From Octopus sinensis (taxonomy: Eukaryota), in assembly GCF_006345805.1 (NCBI RefSeq), contig NC_043003.1, forward strand, positions 85,994,001 to 86,058,000: a stretch of 64,000 nucleotides of DNA. The letters run 5' to 3'. Below, one piece after another: positions 25,946-39,994 of the stretch. A program made the translations under genes and the position numbers. A model generated the notes under the pieces. It made no database searches. It was not told the DNA's origin and saw only the letters and a program-made list of their open reading frames with translations. Numbering within the stretch: position 1 is the first letter of the stretch; every line of letters starts with the position of its first letter.

Positions 25946-26137
25946 TTGATAATACCCGCCTTCTACATACAGCTTCATGAGATTCTTAAATTTGATGAGG
26001 ATGGCAGTCAACTATTATAAGAAATCTAAATCCTACTTATTGATAATACCCGCCTTCTACATACAGCTTCATGAGATTCTTAAATTTGATGAGGATGGCA
26101 GTCAACTATTATAAGAAATCTAAATCCTACTTATTGA
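25946..26137. repeat. Perfect 94-bp tandem duplication
   Basis: tgataatacccgcc begins at 25947 and 26041; units identical, with ttga microhomology at the junction. Confidence 0.95.
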
Positions 26138-26512
26138 CTTCTCACTTGATAACCATAAATATTAAAAGAAACCGACCATTCTTTACTAAAAAAGGAAAGA
26201 AACTGATGGAATGAAAGTAAAATGAGAATGAGAAAGAGAGTGAGTGAGAGAGAGATACACACGCACACAGAGCGGGAGAGAAATACAGTGAAAAGTGGAG
26301 ATGAAGAGAGAAGTCCTAAGTCACAAATGTTTCTACATGAAACACAATCCTGTTATTTCCTTTCTTCCCTAGAGATTTTGAAACGAAACCCGATACTCTA
26401 AACTTACCACAATAGTGCTGTAAAAGTGGGAACTAGAAAACAAAACAAAGGAAGGGTATTCTTTTTATTTGTGTCAGCTTTTATGTTAAGGATTGAATAT
26501 TGAGCGAGAGAA

Positions 26513-27093
26513 ATAATCCTTTCTACTATAGGCATTAGGCCTGACAGTTTTGGTGAAGGGACCAGTCGATTACATCGACTCCAGTGAGTAAGTGGCACTT
26601 AATTTATCGACCCCGAAATGATGAAAGGCAAAATCGACTCTGGCGGCATTTGAACTCAGAACATGATGACAAACGAAATACCTATTTCTTTACTACCCAC
26701 AAGGAGCTAAACACAGAGAGGACAAACAAGGACAGACAAACGGATCAAGTCGATTTTACCGACCCCAGTGCGTAACTGGTACTTATTTAATCGACCCCGA
26801 TAGGATGAAAGGCAAAGTCGACCTCGGCAGATTTTGAACTTAGAACGTAGCGGCAGACGAAATACCTATTTCTTTACTACCCACAAGGGGCTAAACAAAG
26901 AGAGGACAAACAAGGACAGACAAACGGATCAAGTCGATTATACCGACCCCAGTGCGTAACTGGTACTTATTTAATCGACCCTTATAGGATGAAAGGCACA
27001 GTCGACCTCGGCGGAATTTGAACTCAGAACGTAACGGCAGACGAAATACCGCTAAGCATTTCGTCCAGCTAACGATTCTGCCAACTCGCCGCC
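26513..27093 (-). mobile_element. SINE family 1 trimer
   Basis: One head followed by three bodies at about 181-bp period, joined at gaaatag|gtatttcgt. Confidence 0.88.
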
Positions 27094-30000
27094 TGACCGA
27101 GAAAAATTATATAAAAACTTTTTCTAAATATACAAATTCAGTTAAACGCTCGCTGTATGACCATATCCGTATGGTCAGACATTCCTATTTCTAACAGTTG
27201 AGAAGAAGTTAGATTGATCTTGTATTAATGACACACCTTATCGTTTGAAATTTATTGAAAAATCTATCACACACTTGAATTTATTACTAAAGAGAATTGG
27301 GTTTCGTACACTATCATAATCACTGATTTGTTTTTAAAAACCAGAAATCCTTTCTACATTGTAACAGTTACATTTTCCAGATACGCTACTGAAATCAATA
27401 ATATTATTTAAAGCGATGTTACACACCCCAATAAATCACTTCATTTATCGGGGGAAAAAATGTTATCCACAATTGCTATTTCGGTTGTTGATTCATTTCG
27501 GATAATCTCGCTAACCTTTGCCATCCTTAACTATCCATAGCTTATCATAAAAGGAAACAAAAAATCCCAGCAGATCAACACGCGCGCAGATTCCCGGTCA
27601 GAATATTTTGATTTGCTTTTCTCTGTGTTACATCTTCCAGTCCAGCTATTGATCGGTTCTCTTGCTATAGGAAAGAAGCATTTGTCGATGAAAACTAATC
27701 TATATTATTATATTTTCCAGCATTACTAAGTCAATATCGCTGGTATTTAGAATCTGTTGTTAGCTAAATTATCTTTATCATCAACATAAGATCGACAGAC
27801 TGTCTAGATGTAAATACGATGAATTTTACTGCTCAAAGTTGTAAGCAGTCGGAATATTGTATTAACGCTTAGCGTTACTTAGCTTGCAATTTATTACCTA
27901 TCTTAAGTAAGATATAGCTTGGAAATGGATGTTCACCACTAAGATGAGCTATCCTAGATATACAACATAAATATGAATATATCAAAAAAAAAAAAAAGAA
28001 AAACAACTACCGTGTGAAGAAGACAAAAATATAACAAAAACGCAACGACAGTGGTATAAGAAGATTTGAAATGTCATAGGGGTAAACATTTATTTTTTTG
28101 ACTTGATGAAAGGAATATCAGCTACATACAAGAATCAGTCTTATACATTAAACTATCCCCTCGCAAACACATTGCATGAGCTGATTGAAGAAATTATTAT
28201 TACGGTTAAACGCAGCAGAGGTACAAAATTAGTAGGGTCTGCTCATATTTAGTTATATCTCTATGTTTTGAGTGGAAATTAAGTTGGGATCAACTTTGCC
28301 GTAATTGGTGAAAAAAATGTCACGCTTTTAGCATATTCTGCTATTGTTGTTATTCCATACTTCTGTTTGGCAATTTCTCAACAAAATAAGAAAGTATACA
28401 AGAACACACATGTGTCATGTGTATGTGTGATAACATTTACAAGTCAAATGTACTGACACGTACACGACCGCATGTAAACCTTAGCTTGCATTCAATTTAA
28501 CCCTTTTTTTCAGCACAGCACCATCTGTATGTTTTGAAATCTTTTAGACAAGAAGGATGGCAGCGTCTGTGACCCTTTATATAGCTTTCGAGAATAGGAG
28601 AAAGGGATGGGAAAGGTCTCCTGAAATCGAAGACCTGGTCTGAATGCTTGCAACAGAGCATATTCCAAAAAAAAAAAGAAAAAAAAGACACCTATGGTGA
28701 CATGTAGGGCCTTTATACAGGCCGATAGGTCAAGTCTTCTAGCTAAGTATGCCAAAGAGAAATTTGAACTCAGAACGCAAAGTGCCGGACGAAATTCCTC
28801 AAGTCACCCGATTCGATATTCTTACTGTTTTGCCAATCCACCATCTTAGACTGGTATTTAGTTCATCGACTCCGAAATGATGAAAGACAATACTGAACTT
28901 CTATTGGGTAGGTATTACTGTTATGACAGAAAACAGTCTAAACTGCTTAAATACATTTGGATTGGCCAAAACCTGCTTCAGGAACAACTGATATTAATAC
29001 CTAAAACCAAAGTAGCGAAGACCATTATAAACTATTCACAACTCATTTCAAACAAATAAGATTGCTTGCTTTTGGCACATTTGGTCATCTGGCGAAGAAA
29101 GATCTGAATCTCTTGTAGATTATGACAATCACGAAGGCTGCGATCTAGCAGAAACGTTAGGACGCTGGGTAAAATGTTTAGCGGCATTTCGTTCGTCTTT
29201 ACGTTCTGAGTTCAAATTCCACCGAGGGTGACTTTGTCTTTCATCGTTTCGGCGGTTGATGAAATAAGTTCCAGTCAAGTAGTGGGGTCGGTGTAATCGA
29301 TTTCCCTCTACTCTGAAAAACTGTTGGCTCTGTGCCAAAATTTGAAACCATTATATCAGTAGGTTGCTATGCTCTACTCGGAAACGGAAGACATCTCTCG
29401 CATACTCAAAACTGTTGTCGTTCACACTTATTGGGAAAGTCGTCACTATAGTCTATAAAGATTGCATAGATGTAGCTCTCAATTTGAATATCTCACTCTC
29501 TCAACGCTCAAACTAAATAAATAAGAATTAGCTTATATGGTGATGTTCGAGTTACCCCCAAATCATTCTTATGTAAAATTTTGTTTGTGTAGCAATGCAA
29601 TGGAAATCCGATTACATAACTTAAAACTTTCTATGGATACCAGAATTGCAAATTAAGTTTCTTGCCAAGATTCGACGAAAGCGAGCCAATATTTTAAGTG
29701 AATTATTTAGAAACAAGATTAATCACCTGAAGCGAATATGAACTAATTACTTATCGGTGATTTAAAAAACTATTCAATATTAATAATCACATTATGCTTA
29801 CTCATACTGAATGTACACTAGCGGGGATAAAAGAAAAAGACATCTAAACACTTGAAAGAATTAACATTAAATACATCTTCTGTTCTACGATATAGTGAAT
29901 AGAGAAGAATAGTAAGTCGAAGATTAGTTTTGAGATTGTCCTTAAAACTATCTTAACACAATTATTTTGAGCTCAATTTGAATTTATGAAAGTTAGTTGC

Positions 30001-30454
30001 TGTCCAATTTACAAGAGTAACATAAAATTTAAGCACTAATAACAAAACAACGGCTTCTGATTTAGACACGAGGGAAGGTTCTTTATCGATATCACTGATC
30101 CCAGCACTTGGCAGGTAGTTTATTTTATCAACCCTAGAGTGATGAAAAGTAAAGTTGGCCCCGATGTGATTTGACCTCAAGGTATAAAAAGTAGAAAGAA
30201 ATTCTACCAATACTATCTTGCAGCTTTTAATGTACTAAAAATGATTGTTTCTGATTTAGTCCTTTTTGAGGGGAAGGAATTACATGATACCAATCGACTC
30301 TAGTAATTGGTACTTTATATAATCGACCACCTCGTGAAGGAAAAACAAGTTGATCTCAACGGGATTTGAACTCAGATGGTAAAGATTCGGAAGAAGTATG
30401 GCAAAGCATTAGGGATCATAGCTTTATTTCCAACGTTGGCACAAAACTATATAT

Positions 30455-30492
<38 letters not shown>

Positions 30493-33215
30493 GAGCGAGT
30501 GTGTGTGCGTGTATGTGTGTATATGGATATAGTTGATTAAATCGACTTGATTGGAACTTAATTGATCCTGGAAAGAAGAAAGGCAAAGTTGGTCTCGGGG
30601 GTGTTTGAACTAAGAAGGTAAAGAATTATAACTGAATACAGGAAGACATTTAATATGATGCTCTAACGACTTTTCTACTCAAACCTTATTTATGACACAA
30701 GGCCAGCAATTTTGGGGGTGGGTGATGGTAAGTTAATACCCACGAGCCCTGCATTTGACTGATACTAATTTTATCGACTCAGAAAGGATGGAAAGCAAAT
30801 TTGGCCTCGGTGAGATTTAAACTCAGAGCATAAGAAACTAGAACTAGTGCCACAAGGTATTTTTTCAGACGCTTTAACGATTCTGCCAATTTTCTGCTTT
30901 CGCAGTTCAACGACATTGCACTTAAGAAGAATAAACATACTAACTATTAGATAAATACAAGTATAACTTAGTTACTTTGATAAATATAAACTCATTTGCG
31001 CACACGCACATCTTGTTTTTCCAACAGTAGAAAGTGCTCCTCATTCAAGCAAATATAAAGCTTTGATTACTAAATCCGATTAGATTCTACATACAAACGA
31101 ATTGATTAAGATTTATGTTATTTGATTCACTCTGAAATACATTATTTCAGTATAATATCCTTAACGTCAAAATGACTGAATAGCAAATCTGAAATAATTC
31201 TATTATAAAGAAAATATTTTCTGCATTTGATAAATATCATATAAATTAACTGTTACATTCTTTGATTGGTTATTTTAAAGTACTGATAGATATCCCATTC
31301 CAAATCTCATGATTCAGAGCTCTCTTTAATGTATGCTATCGTTATTATTTAATTTCTTAAGGCGATTAGTCGACAGAAACATTAGCACACCGGATAAAAT
31401 GCTTTGTAGTATTTCTTTCAGCTCTTTATGTTATGAGTTCAAATTCTGCCTAGGTCAACTTTGCCTTTTAGCCCTTCAAGGTGTCGATAAATAAAGGAGC
31501 AGTTGAGTACTTTGCTGACTTCGTGCCACAACTTGAAGCAATTGTATTTCCTTGTTTATATACAAGCAGTGAAATAGCAGAATCATTGAAGCAGAGGAAA
31601 AGATGTTTTGAGGCATATGTTGAAGCTCTCTGAGTTCAAATACTGAAGGATCCAACTCTGTCTTTCTCTCTTTCGGTATCTAGGAAAATAAGGTTCAAGT
31701 ATCCGGCAGTGGATTGGTAAAATTATTTGAGCGTCGGACAAAATATCCTGTGGTGTTCGTTCCGGTTCTTTGCATTGTGAGTTTATTGGTTGTAGACCGG
31801 ATCCATCGCCCACAGTTATCTCTATCACTATGAGCGCCAGCAGCAGAGTTCTTTCTGATGAAATCACTCGGGCCTGGTCTTCGGTTTGAGCGTAACCTAT
31901 ACCTCTTTTACACTAATCTCCGAAGCTCTGAATAATTAAGGGTATAGGGACTACCATTTAATTTCATTCCTTGACTAAATGACAAAATACATATTACATT
32001 TCAATTCTGTAAATTACAACTTTTAAGAAGAATAACATTCTACTGTCAAAATATGCCTCACATAGTCTTCACAAATAATTTTCATGTATTCACTGCTACA
32101 TTTGGGTATCTGTTTTATTCTCAACTATTTCTGATTGTGCCAAATACTTATCAACTTAACGTGCATTATATTTGGTATTACTCTAATTCATTAAAATATT
32201 ACCAAGTATATTTCAGCATAGATTTCATAGTCGAATGAAAATGTTAGTTAGCCAAGTTGAATATTCATTTATTCATGTCTCCAGTCGTCAATTCAGATAC
32301 CTGCCTGACCTGCTATTTTTCAATCCCCCATTCAAATGTCCAACCGTCCATTCATATATATTCATCTATTCATTTAGATACCTACACATTTATCAACATA
32401 TGTCCAATAATCTATCTGTATTTCTGCACAGTCTATACAAATATGGTTTTCTCAGTTTATCGATTTGTACAATGGTCTTTCTCCTTTTCATTCTCTGTCT
32501 CTCTTATATAGCAGGCGTTTCTTCATTTCTTTCGGCCATTTATCTACCTACTCACATAGCTAACCAATTAAGTAGGAAACATTGCAAGCAAACTTTCGAT
32601 TTAACCAACAGCTAAACGGAAACAGGTTTTCAATCACTCAGCACTTTAGCACTTTAGCTACTGGCTAGTTACTGGCTATTGTATAAACAAAATTCGTGTT
32701 CTTACAATGATTTCAATGAAATGCAGTTTGACTTTTAAAAGGCAATTTTTACCAGCTTCATAATATACATATGTCATATCAAATTTTAAACTGTTTTTCT
32801 CCTTCGTTTATTAAGTACTAAGAATATGTATTAAATTTTAAAAAAAATATAAAAAGGGTGGTTCCTAGAACAACTTAAGTAATTTGATCATTACATAAAG
32901 ACATTTTTTATCGTATAACACTATTTAATAAAATCATAGTGGTTCGGTTGTATTCTGTTGATGAAACCAAAGAACACTCGTTACTTAAGCAGTGACAGTA
33001 AAAACCCGAATCCGAGAAAACACGTTACAGTCTTTAATTAATCATCAATAAAAAATTCGATGGGATTGATTGCCATGCGGAGTGCACAATATAATGTTCC
33101 TGGCCTTGCACTCCCACCTGAGAGTGAGGAACGATAGAAAGTAGTTTTATCGCATGGGGAGTATACAAAAGTATGCAGTGATAGCAAATAAAATTATACA
33201 GAGGTAGGCAAATAG

Positions 33216-33690
33216 AATAATCCTTCCTACTATAGGTACATGGCCTGATCCCGAAAGAATGAAAGGTAATGTTAACCTCGGCAGGATTTGAACTCAGAAA
33301 GTAAAGACGAATGAAATGCCGCCCTGGCGTGCTAACGATTCTTATTTCTTTATTGCCCACAAGGGGCTAAACATAGAGGGGACAAACAAGGACAGACAAA
33401 GGGATTATGTCTATTATATCGACTCCAGTGCGTAACTGCTACTTAATTTATCGACCTCGAAAGGATGAAAGGCAAAGTCGACCTCGGTGGAATTTGAACT
33501 CAGAACGTAACGGCAGACGAAATACCTATTTCTTTACTACCCACAAGGGGCTAAACAAAGAGAGGACAAACAAGGACAGACAAACGGATTAAGTCGATTA
33601 TACCGACCCCAGTGCGTAACTGGTACTTATTTAATCGACCCCGATAGGATGAAAGACACAATCGACATCGGCGGATTTTGAACTCATAAC
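33216..33690 (-). mobile_element. SINE family 1 multimer
   Basis: Junctions gaaatag|gtatttcgtc (~33525) and gaaata|agaatcgttagc (~33345). Confidence 0.85.
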
Positions 33691-33791
33691 GATCAAGAGC
33701 GATCAGAGGGAAAGGTGCAGCTATGCACATGCGTGTATGAACATTTCATGTACATTCATAATACAGATGTACATACATATATGTGGGTATG

Positions 33792-33854
<63 letters not shown>

Positions 33855-33990
33855 ATGTCTAGCTAGCTATCTACACACACACACATATATACGCATATTT
33901 ATATTACAATACTAATTGCATATATATATATATATCAATAAAATAACATTTACATATATAAATAAATGTATACAATATACGTATTATATA

Positions 33991-36900
33991 TTGCTAGAAA
34001 TAGACAGGACCGAGCGGTTATAAATATAAGCGATCGGAGTGAATTTTGTGTTTTAGTTCAAGTTGAATTCGTAGTGAAGTCGGAAGTTGGTTAGTTCTTT
34101 TGGAATAGTGATTGCTGATTCGTGAAGAGATTGTTGGATCGTTACGTTGGTATTACGGTCGCATAGTTATTTTGTTTCTTGTAACTACACTAGTACACCA
34201 TGTATAAACTATCCGTCACAGCGTCGTGGCGGTACCATGACATTTGGAGACGGATGATACAACATCTGGTGACGGGGGTTTCGAAGCTCACGTAGGTTCT
34301 TTAACAATTTGTTCGTGATACAACTTGTTAAATGACAGAAGACCTATTAGCTTCTATAATACAGTTGCTAAAGCAACAACTAGAACAGCAACAGGCGTTG
34401 CAGAAGCAACTAGTACAGCAACAACTACAGCAACAACAATTATAGGAGCTATATACAAAGGTGTCCGAAAATGCGGTAAGTTCGTTTTCATTTGAGGGCG
34501 TATCGAACTCCATAAGACAATTCAGTAAAAACCCACAGGGGGATATAACTTTTGCGGCGTACTACAGGAGGTAAGAGGAGATTTTTAAGGAAGATTGCAA
34601 CACATGGTCGGACGAAGAAAAAGTAATGTTATTATTACGTAAATTAAGTCCGCCTGAGCATGAACAATACTGTAATTTCATATTGCCCAAAGAGTCTAGT
34701 GAAATTTGTATTCAGAAAACAATCAACTGTCTAACGTATTCTGTAATAAGACTCTATTTACAACATTAGAATGGAGTGTTGATATTTAACTAAAAAAGAG
34801 AAAGATGACTTTATTACGTATGCAGGAATAGGCAACAGAATGTGTGAAAAATTTAAACTTAAAGAACTTATTCCTAAGATGTTTAAATTACAGCAAATGA
34901 AGATACAGAAATACGGACAAGAATTCTTTTGAAACTTGAACAAGCTAACCAAGATTTAACCCTGCAGACTGTTGCAGAAGAGTGTCAGAGGATGGTGAAA
35001 AATTCAAGAAAAGGATTTCGCAAAAGTACAGATATATCTACTGAGAAAGTATAACCAAAGAAGATTGTTAGGTCCTAATCTATGTTACGGATGTGATGGC
35101 TTATATTTCAGAAAAGTTTGTTCTTTTAAAAATCAAAAATGTTACAGTTGTCAAAAATTTGGACACAAGTGTTCATACTGCAGAACAAAAATACAAAGGC
35201 CAAATGTAAAAAATTCTAAAGTAGAAAGTAAAATCGACTCCTAAATAAGAAATTTGTACACGTAAAAGTAAGCGAAGCAAATATTAAATTACAACTGGAT
35301 ACCGGTAGTGACATTTCAATCATTAACACCGACACGTGGAAGAAAACAGAGAAACCTATGTTAAGAAAAATAACGAAAACTGTACGTGGCGTGACAGGTG
35401 ACAAACTACATTTTGTAGGCGAAATGTGGAATGACGTCACATTTCAAGGAAAAACGTGCAAGCGATAGTCTTAATCGTAAAGAATGCAACCAGTCTGTTT
35501 GGTATTCATTGGTTAGAGCTATTTGATTTATGGTTCTCTCAATAAGCCCGTACTGTAAAAACTTAGATGGCTGCCCCACCGGTGAAAAACACCCAGCAGC
35601 TGAATTGAAGAAAACATTAATTAAAACGTTATGTGTTGTGTTATTCAGCAACTCTCAGTGACAGCGCATGATATAAAAATGAAATCCGTAGAGGATAATT
35701 ACCCTACAAGAATGAAAGAAATGTTGAAAAATAAGCAAAATAAAAATACAAATTCTAATACTTTTTCACTATGTGACGATGTTTTAATGTACGCGCAAAG
35801 AGTGGTAGTACCAACTGTACTACAGAAACGAGTATTGCAGGAATTCCACAGTGGACACCCGGGAATGTCGAGAATGAAAGGCTTAATGAGTTATGTATAC
35901 TGGCCGACAGTGGACCGGGACATTGTAAATTGTGAAAAATCATGTAGTGGTTGTGTGCTAGCAGGCAAAGCACCACCGATGAGATACCAATCGTGGGCTA
36001 TGGGGAATAGGCCGTGGTTCAGGGACAGGTATCGACTACGCTGGACCGGTGAACGGCGCATACTATTTAATCGTTGTTGATAGCGGTATAAAGTGGCCAG
36101 AGATATGCAGGTGCAATACAACAACCGCAAAGACTGCAATAAAGTTCCTGTACAAATTATTTGCTCGATCGGTGTTCCAGAAACGTTGGTGTCAGATAAT
36201 AGAACACAATTTACGGGTAGTGAATTCCAACATTTCTACAAAATACATGCTATAAAGCATATTTTTATCTCGCCTTGCCACCCGAGGTCAAATGAGCAGG
36301 TTGAAAGATTCGTTGATACTTTCAAGCGAGCGTGAAGAAAAGCAAGGAAGGACGTAGGTAATGACGAAGCACTAACGAAATACTTGAGGGTATACAGAAT
36401 AACGCCCAATCCGAATATCAGTTCAGAAAAGTATCCGGCAGAGTTAATGTTCGCGCGAAAAATAAAATAGATCTTCGATAAATTATTGCCTGGAAAAATT
36501 ATATTTAAAGAAAATACAGAAAAGGCAACAAAACATTTTGAAGTAGGAAATAAAGTTCATTTAAAAATTTACGAAAATGGTAAAGAAGGCTGGGAGGATA
36601 GTTTTGTAACTAACAGATTAGGAAACATGATGTATGTAATTAAATGACATGTTAAGAACATAAAAGACACCTAAACCAATTAAAGACGAGGCATACCGAA
36701 AAGCGACAGGAAATACCAATGGAAGTTTGCAATGACATGTTTGAGGTGCCAGCACCGAAAGAGATTGAGCCTCATAGAAGCAGCAGTAGAAAAGGGAAAC
36801 AGACGGTATCCTTAGAAATAGTGCCAAAACGAAAAAGTTATATAAAAAAGAGGGAGAGATGCTGGAAAAATAGGAAATAAAATAAATTTCACTTCTTACG

Positions 36901-37196
36901 GAAGTCGAAATCTCAAAGGGGGAGATGTTGTGATGAGAGTCCCGACGCCCACTTGCGAGAAATAGACTGGACTAAACGATTATAAATCGTAGCGGTCGGA
37001 GTGACGTCTGTGTGTTTGATTTGAGTCCGCAGTGACGTCGGAATGTTTTTTCGTGAAGAGATTGTTGGAACGTTACGTTGTTATTACAACTGCATCGTTA
37101 TCTTGTTTACTGTTACTACACTGGTACAGTGTATCTAAACCATCCGACACAATATCGTGGCAGTACCTACAATATTTGGAGACGGACGATACAGCA
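33991..37196 (+). mobile_element. Degenerate Gypsy (Ty3/Metaviridae) LTR retrotransposon with gag, protease and integrase but no RT/RNaseH
   Basis: 5' LTR ends ...gatacaaCA at 34264, PBS-like tggtgac at ~34267; gag from ATG 34332 with zinc knuckles CYGC/CYSCQKFGHKCSYC; protease LQLDTGSDISII; integrase HHCC (EFHSGHPG...CSGC) and core (LVSDNRTQF...SNEQVERF); PPT aaagggggaga 36915-36925; 3' LTR 36926-37196 (TG...CA). 5' LTR start is uncertain. Confidence 0.9.
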
Positions 37197-39697
37197 CATA
37201 TACATGTATATACATATGAATATATCTTATATAAATAAATATATCATATGTATAAATATTATATATCATATTATATATCGCATATATGTATAAATATGAT
37301 ATATATATATGTATGTATGTATGTATATATATTCATATTTAATAACAGTTTGATTCAGCTCTATACAACTTAAAGTTTCGTTGCCTCACCACACGAACTT
37401 AGCTCGTCTCTCTGTATGTCGCCTGAATTTTTTTAATTAGACTACAAATTACAGCTTCATCCAAATGTAAAGTTTGTATTATTTTTATTGTCTGTCTGAT
37501 GACTTTCTAATACGAGATGTCTTACATGCTTATTCTACATGTTTAACTTTGTAGGAAATGAAAAGATATGTGATGGGGAATAAGTAATGCCAACTTCTGT
37601 TTTGACATATTACTACTCTGCAAGAAACTATTTCTTAAATCTTAAGTTCAATGTTGGAGTATTGGGATATCAAGATATGCTTCATAAGTACACACCTGTA
37701 GGCGAAATGTGGAATGACGTCACATTTCAAGGAAAAACGTGCAAGCGAAAGTTTTAACCCTGCCTCCATACAAACTTCTGGTACACTTTATAACTGTCCA
37801 AGCAACTTGAGTGATCTAATGTACAGTACATACATATAACCACTGTAAACAATGTTATTTGTACAGGTTGTTCAGCATGAAATCGTAGAACCTTCTTTCG
37901 AGAACTACGAGAAACTACTAAATACATCTATATTGTAAGGTAAAAAGTAAAGACCCCCGCACCGGTCATGAATGACCATGGAATTGCACATAAAAAGTTA
38001 CTCTCCGAGGCACAAGTCTGGGCAAGGTTGTTTTTGGAAGACAAGCCGTCGCCTACTAGCCTGCATAGTAGCCTCCCTTCTCACGCCACCGATGCTATCC
38101 AAGGAAAAATCAAAGGCCGATACAGCTCGGCACCAGTGACGTTGCAACTCATTTCTACAGCTGAGTGAACTGGAACAACCTTCAATAAAGTGTCTTGCTC
38201 AAGAACACAACATACAGCCCAGTCCAAGAATCAAACTCACTACCTCATGATTGCGAGCCTGACGCTCTAACCACTGAGTCATGCACTTTCACAACATGTA
38301 TATGGACCAGAAAAATAACGGTCAAATGTCTTTAAAATGGATTTGTGTTGCACCAGTGCCATTGAACAAACTATCCACATTTCTGTTGGGATGGCCTAGC
38401 TCCTATTTCCTCTGATTCATACCTAATCTAATATATCATACTTATCTGTATCAAAGGAGGATGATATTAAACTAGAATACCATTAGGTCAGTCGTTATGA
38501 ATATGCTTCAAAAGGTAGTGACGGTCAATACATGTAGAAAACAGTAATTTAAGCCCAAATCTGCGTAATCTGAATGATTAGCCATATGATAAAAACCATT
38601 TACGTTCCAGTATTTTGTCTTTTAACAGGCTCAGTCTTTAACTCTGTCCTTTCTTCATATGAAGGTACAGCGGGATTTCAGGGAAATGGGGTTACTATTT
38701 CTAGCATACCATTTACAGGGAAAGCGTCTGTTTTTGGTTCTTGCGGTTGATTTATATCGAACTCTTTTTTTAACTGATATATTATTTTATGGAGATCGGA
38801 ATGATACAAGGCAAGTCGAAACCCGCTTGGTATGAACATATCGGGGATATAATAAAATACCGGAAGTCACTGTTTGCTTCTTTAAATATTTTTCCATCCA
38901 CCACACATTTAGCAAAGAGTGTTGATGAGGAGAGTGACTCAAGTGATAAAACAGTCAGCAAGTGAATAGAAATAAGTATACAGAAAGCAAACTATAACAG
39001 AAAATATTATTGAATAAGATTAGTTCAAGAAAACAGGAGGAAAATAAATTTTAATGAAAGAAATGGTGATAGGACTTCAGTCAGCTCTAAACAGATAAAT
39101 GATACTGGTAATTTCGACATGTTAGATAGGAAAATCCATATATTATATAAATGATAGAAAGTTATTCGTTGGGATGTTTGAAATCATAAATTACAAAATA
39201 CACTTATTAGATTTCATGAGCTAATGCGTATTTATATAGCTACAAGCAATATTTTCAAAAAATATATCTAGAATAAGAAGTACAACAGTCATAAAAGAAG
39301 TAAATAATCTGGTAAAGAAATGCGAATATAAAATAGTCCAGAAGATAATCGCAGCAGTAGCTGTAGTAGTATTTGTAAACTTTGCAATAAACTGTACTTA
39401 AAAGAGCGTGTCCTATTTTCAAAAGAATGAAGCTGTAAAAATCAGAAATAAAGTTACAGAATTATGTTTTTATCTTATTTGCTAAATCAATTAAGTTATT
39501 AATTTGCAAAGTTAAGGAATATCATGCCTCATAGGAGTTGTTCCGAAATTAATTATTAAGGGTTGCTTCGTTTCTGTTGTTGCAGAAATCAACGATCATA
39601 ATCGAAAGCGAACTTCTTTCTCAGTTCGATCTTAGATGTGCAATGTCAAAGGGCTTAAAAATTTGGCTGCGGAAATGTACGCATTTTAAACGACAAG

Positions 39698-39801
39698 ATA
39701 TCAGCCGAAACGTTGTGTTAACAACAAACAAGATGAGGACAAATATACGTTAAATGTAAATAATGTATATAAAACCGAGTTCGATTCCAGTCAGTGACCT
39801 G
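39698..39801 (+). mobile_element. Partial tandem unit of the hammerhead element (3' half of ribozyme, tail and B box)
   Basis: atatcagccGAAACGTTgtgtt followed by the same tail as 42784-42840, then GAGTTCGATTCC at 39777-39788, then (AAT)n. Confidence 0.8.
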
Positions 39802-39951
39802 AATAATAATAATGATAATAACAATAATAACAATAATAATAATAACAATAATAATAATAATAATAATAACAATAACAATAATAATAATAATAATGATAAT
39901 AATAATAATGATAATAATAATAATAATAATAATAATATAATAATAATAATA

Positions 39952-39993
<42 letters not shown>

Positions 39994-39994
<1 letters not shown>

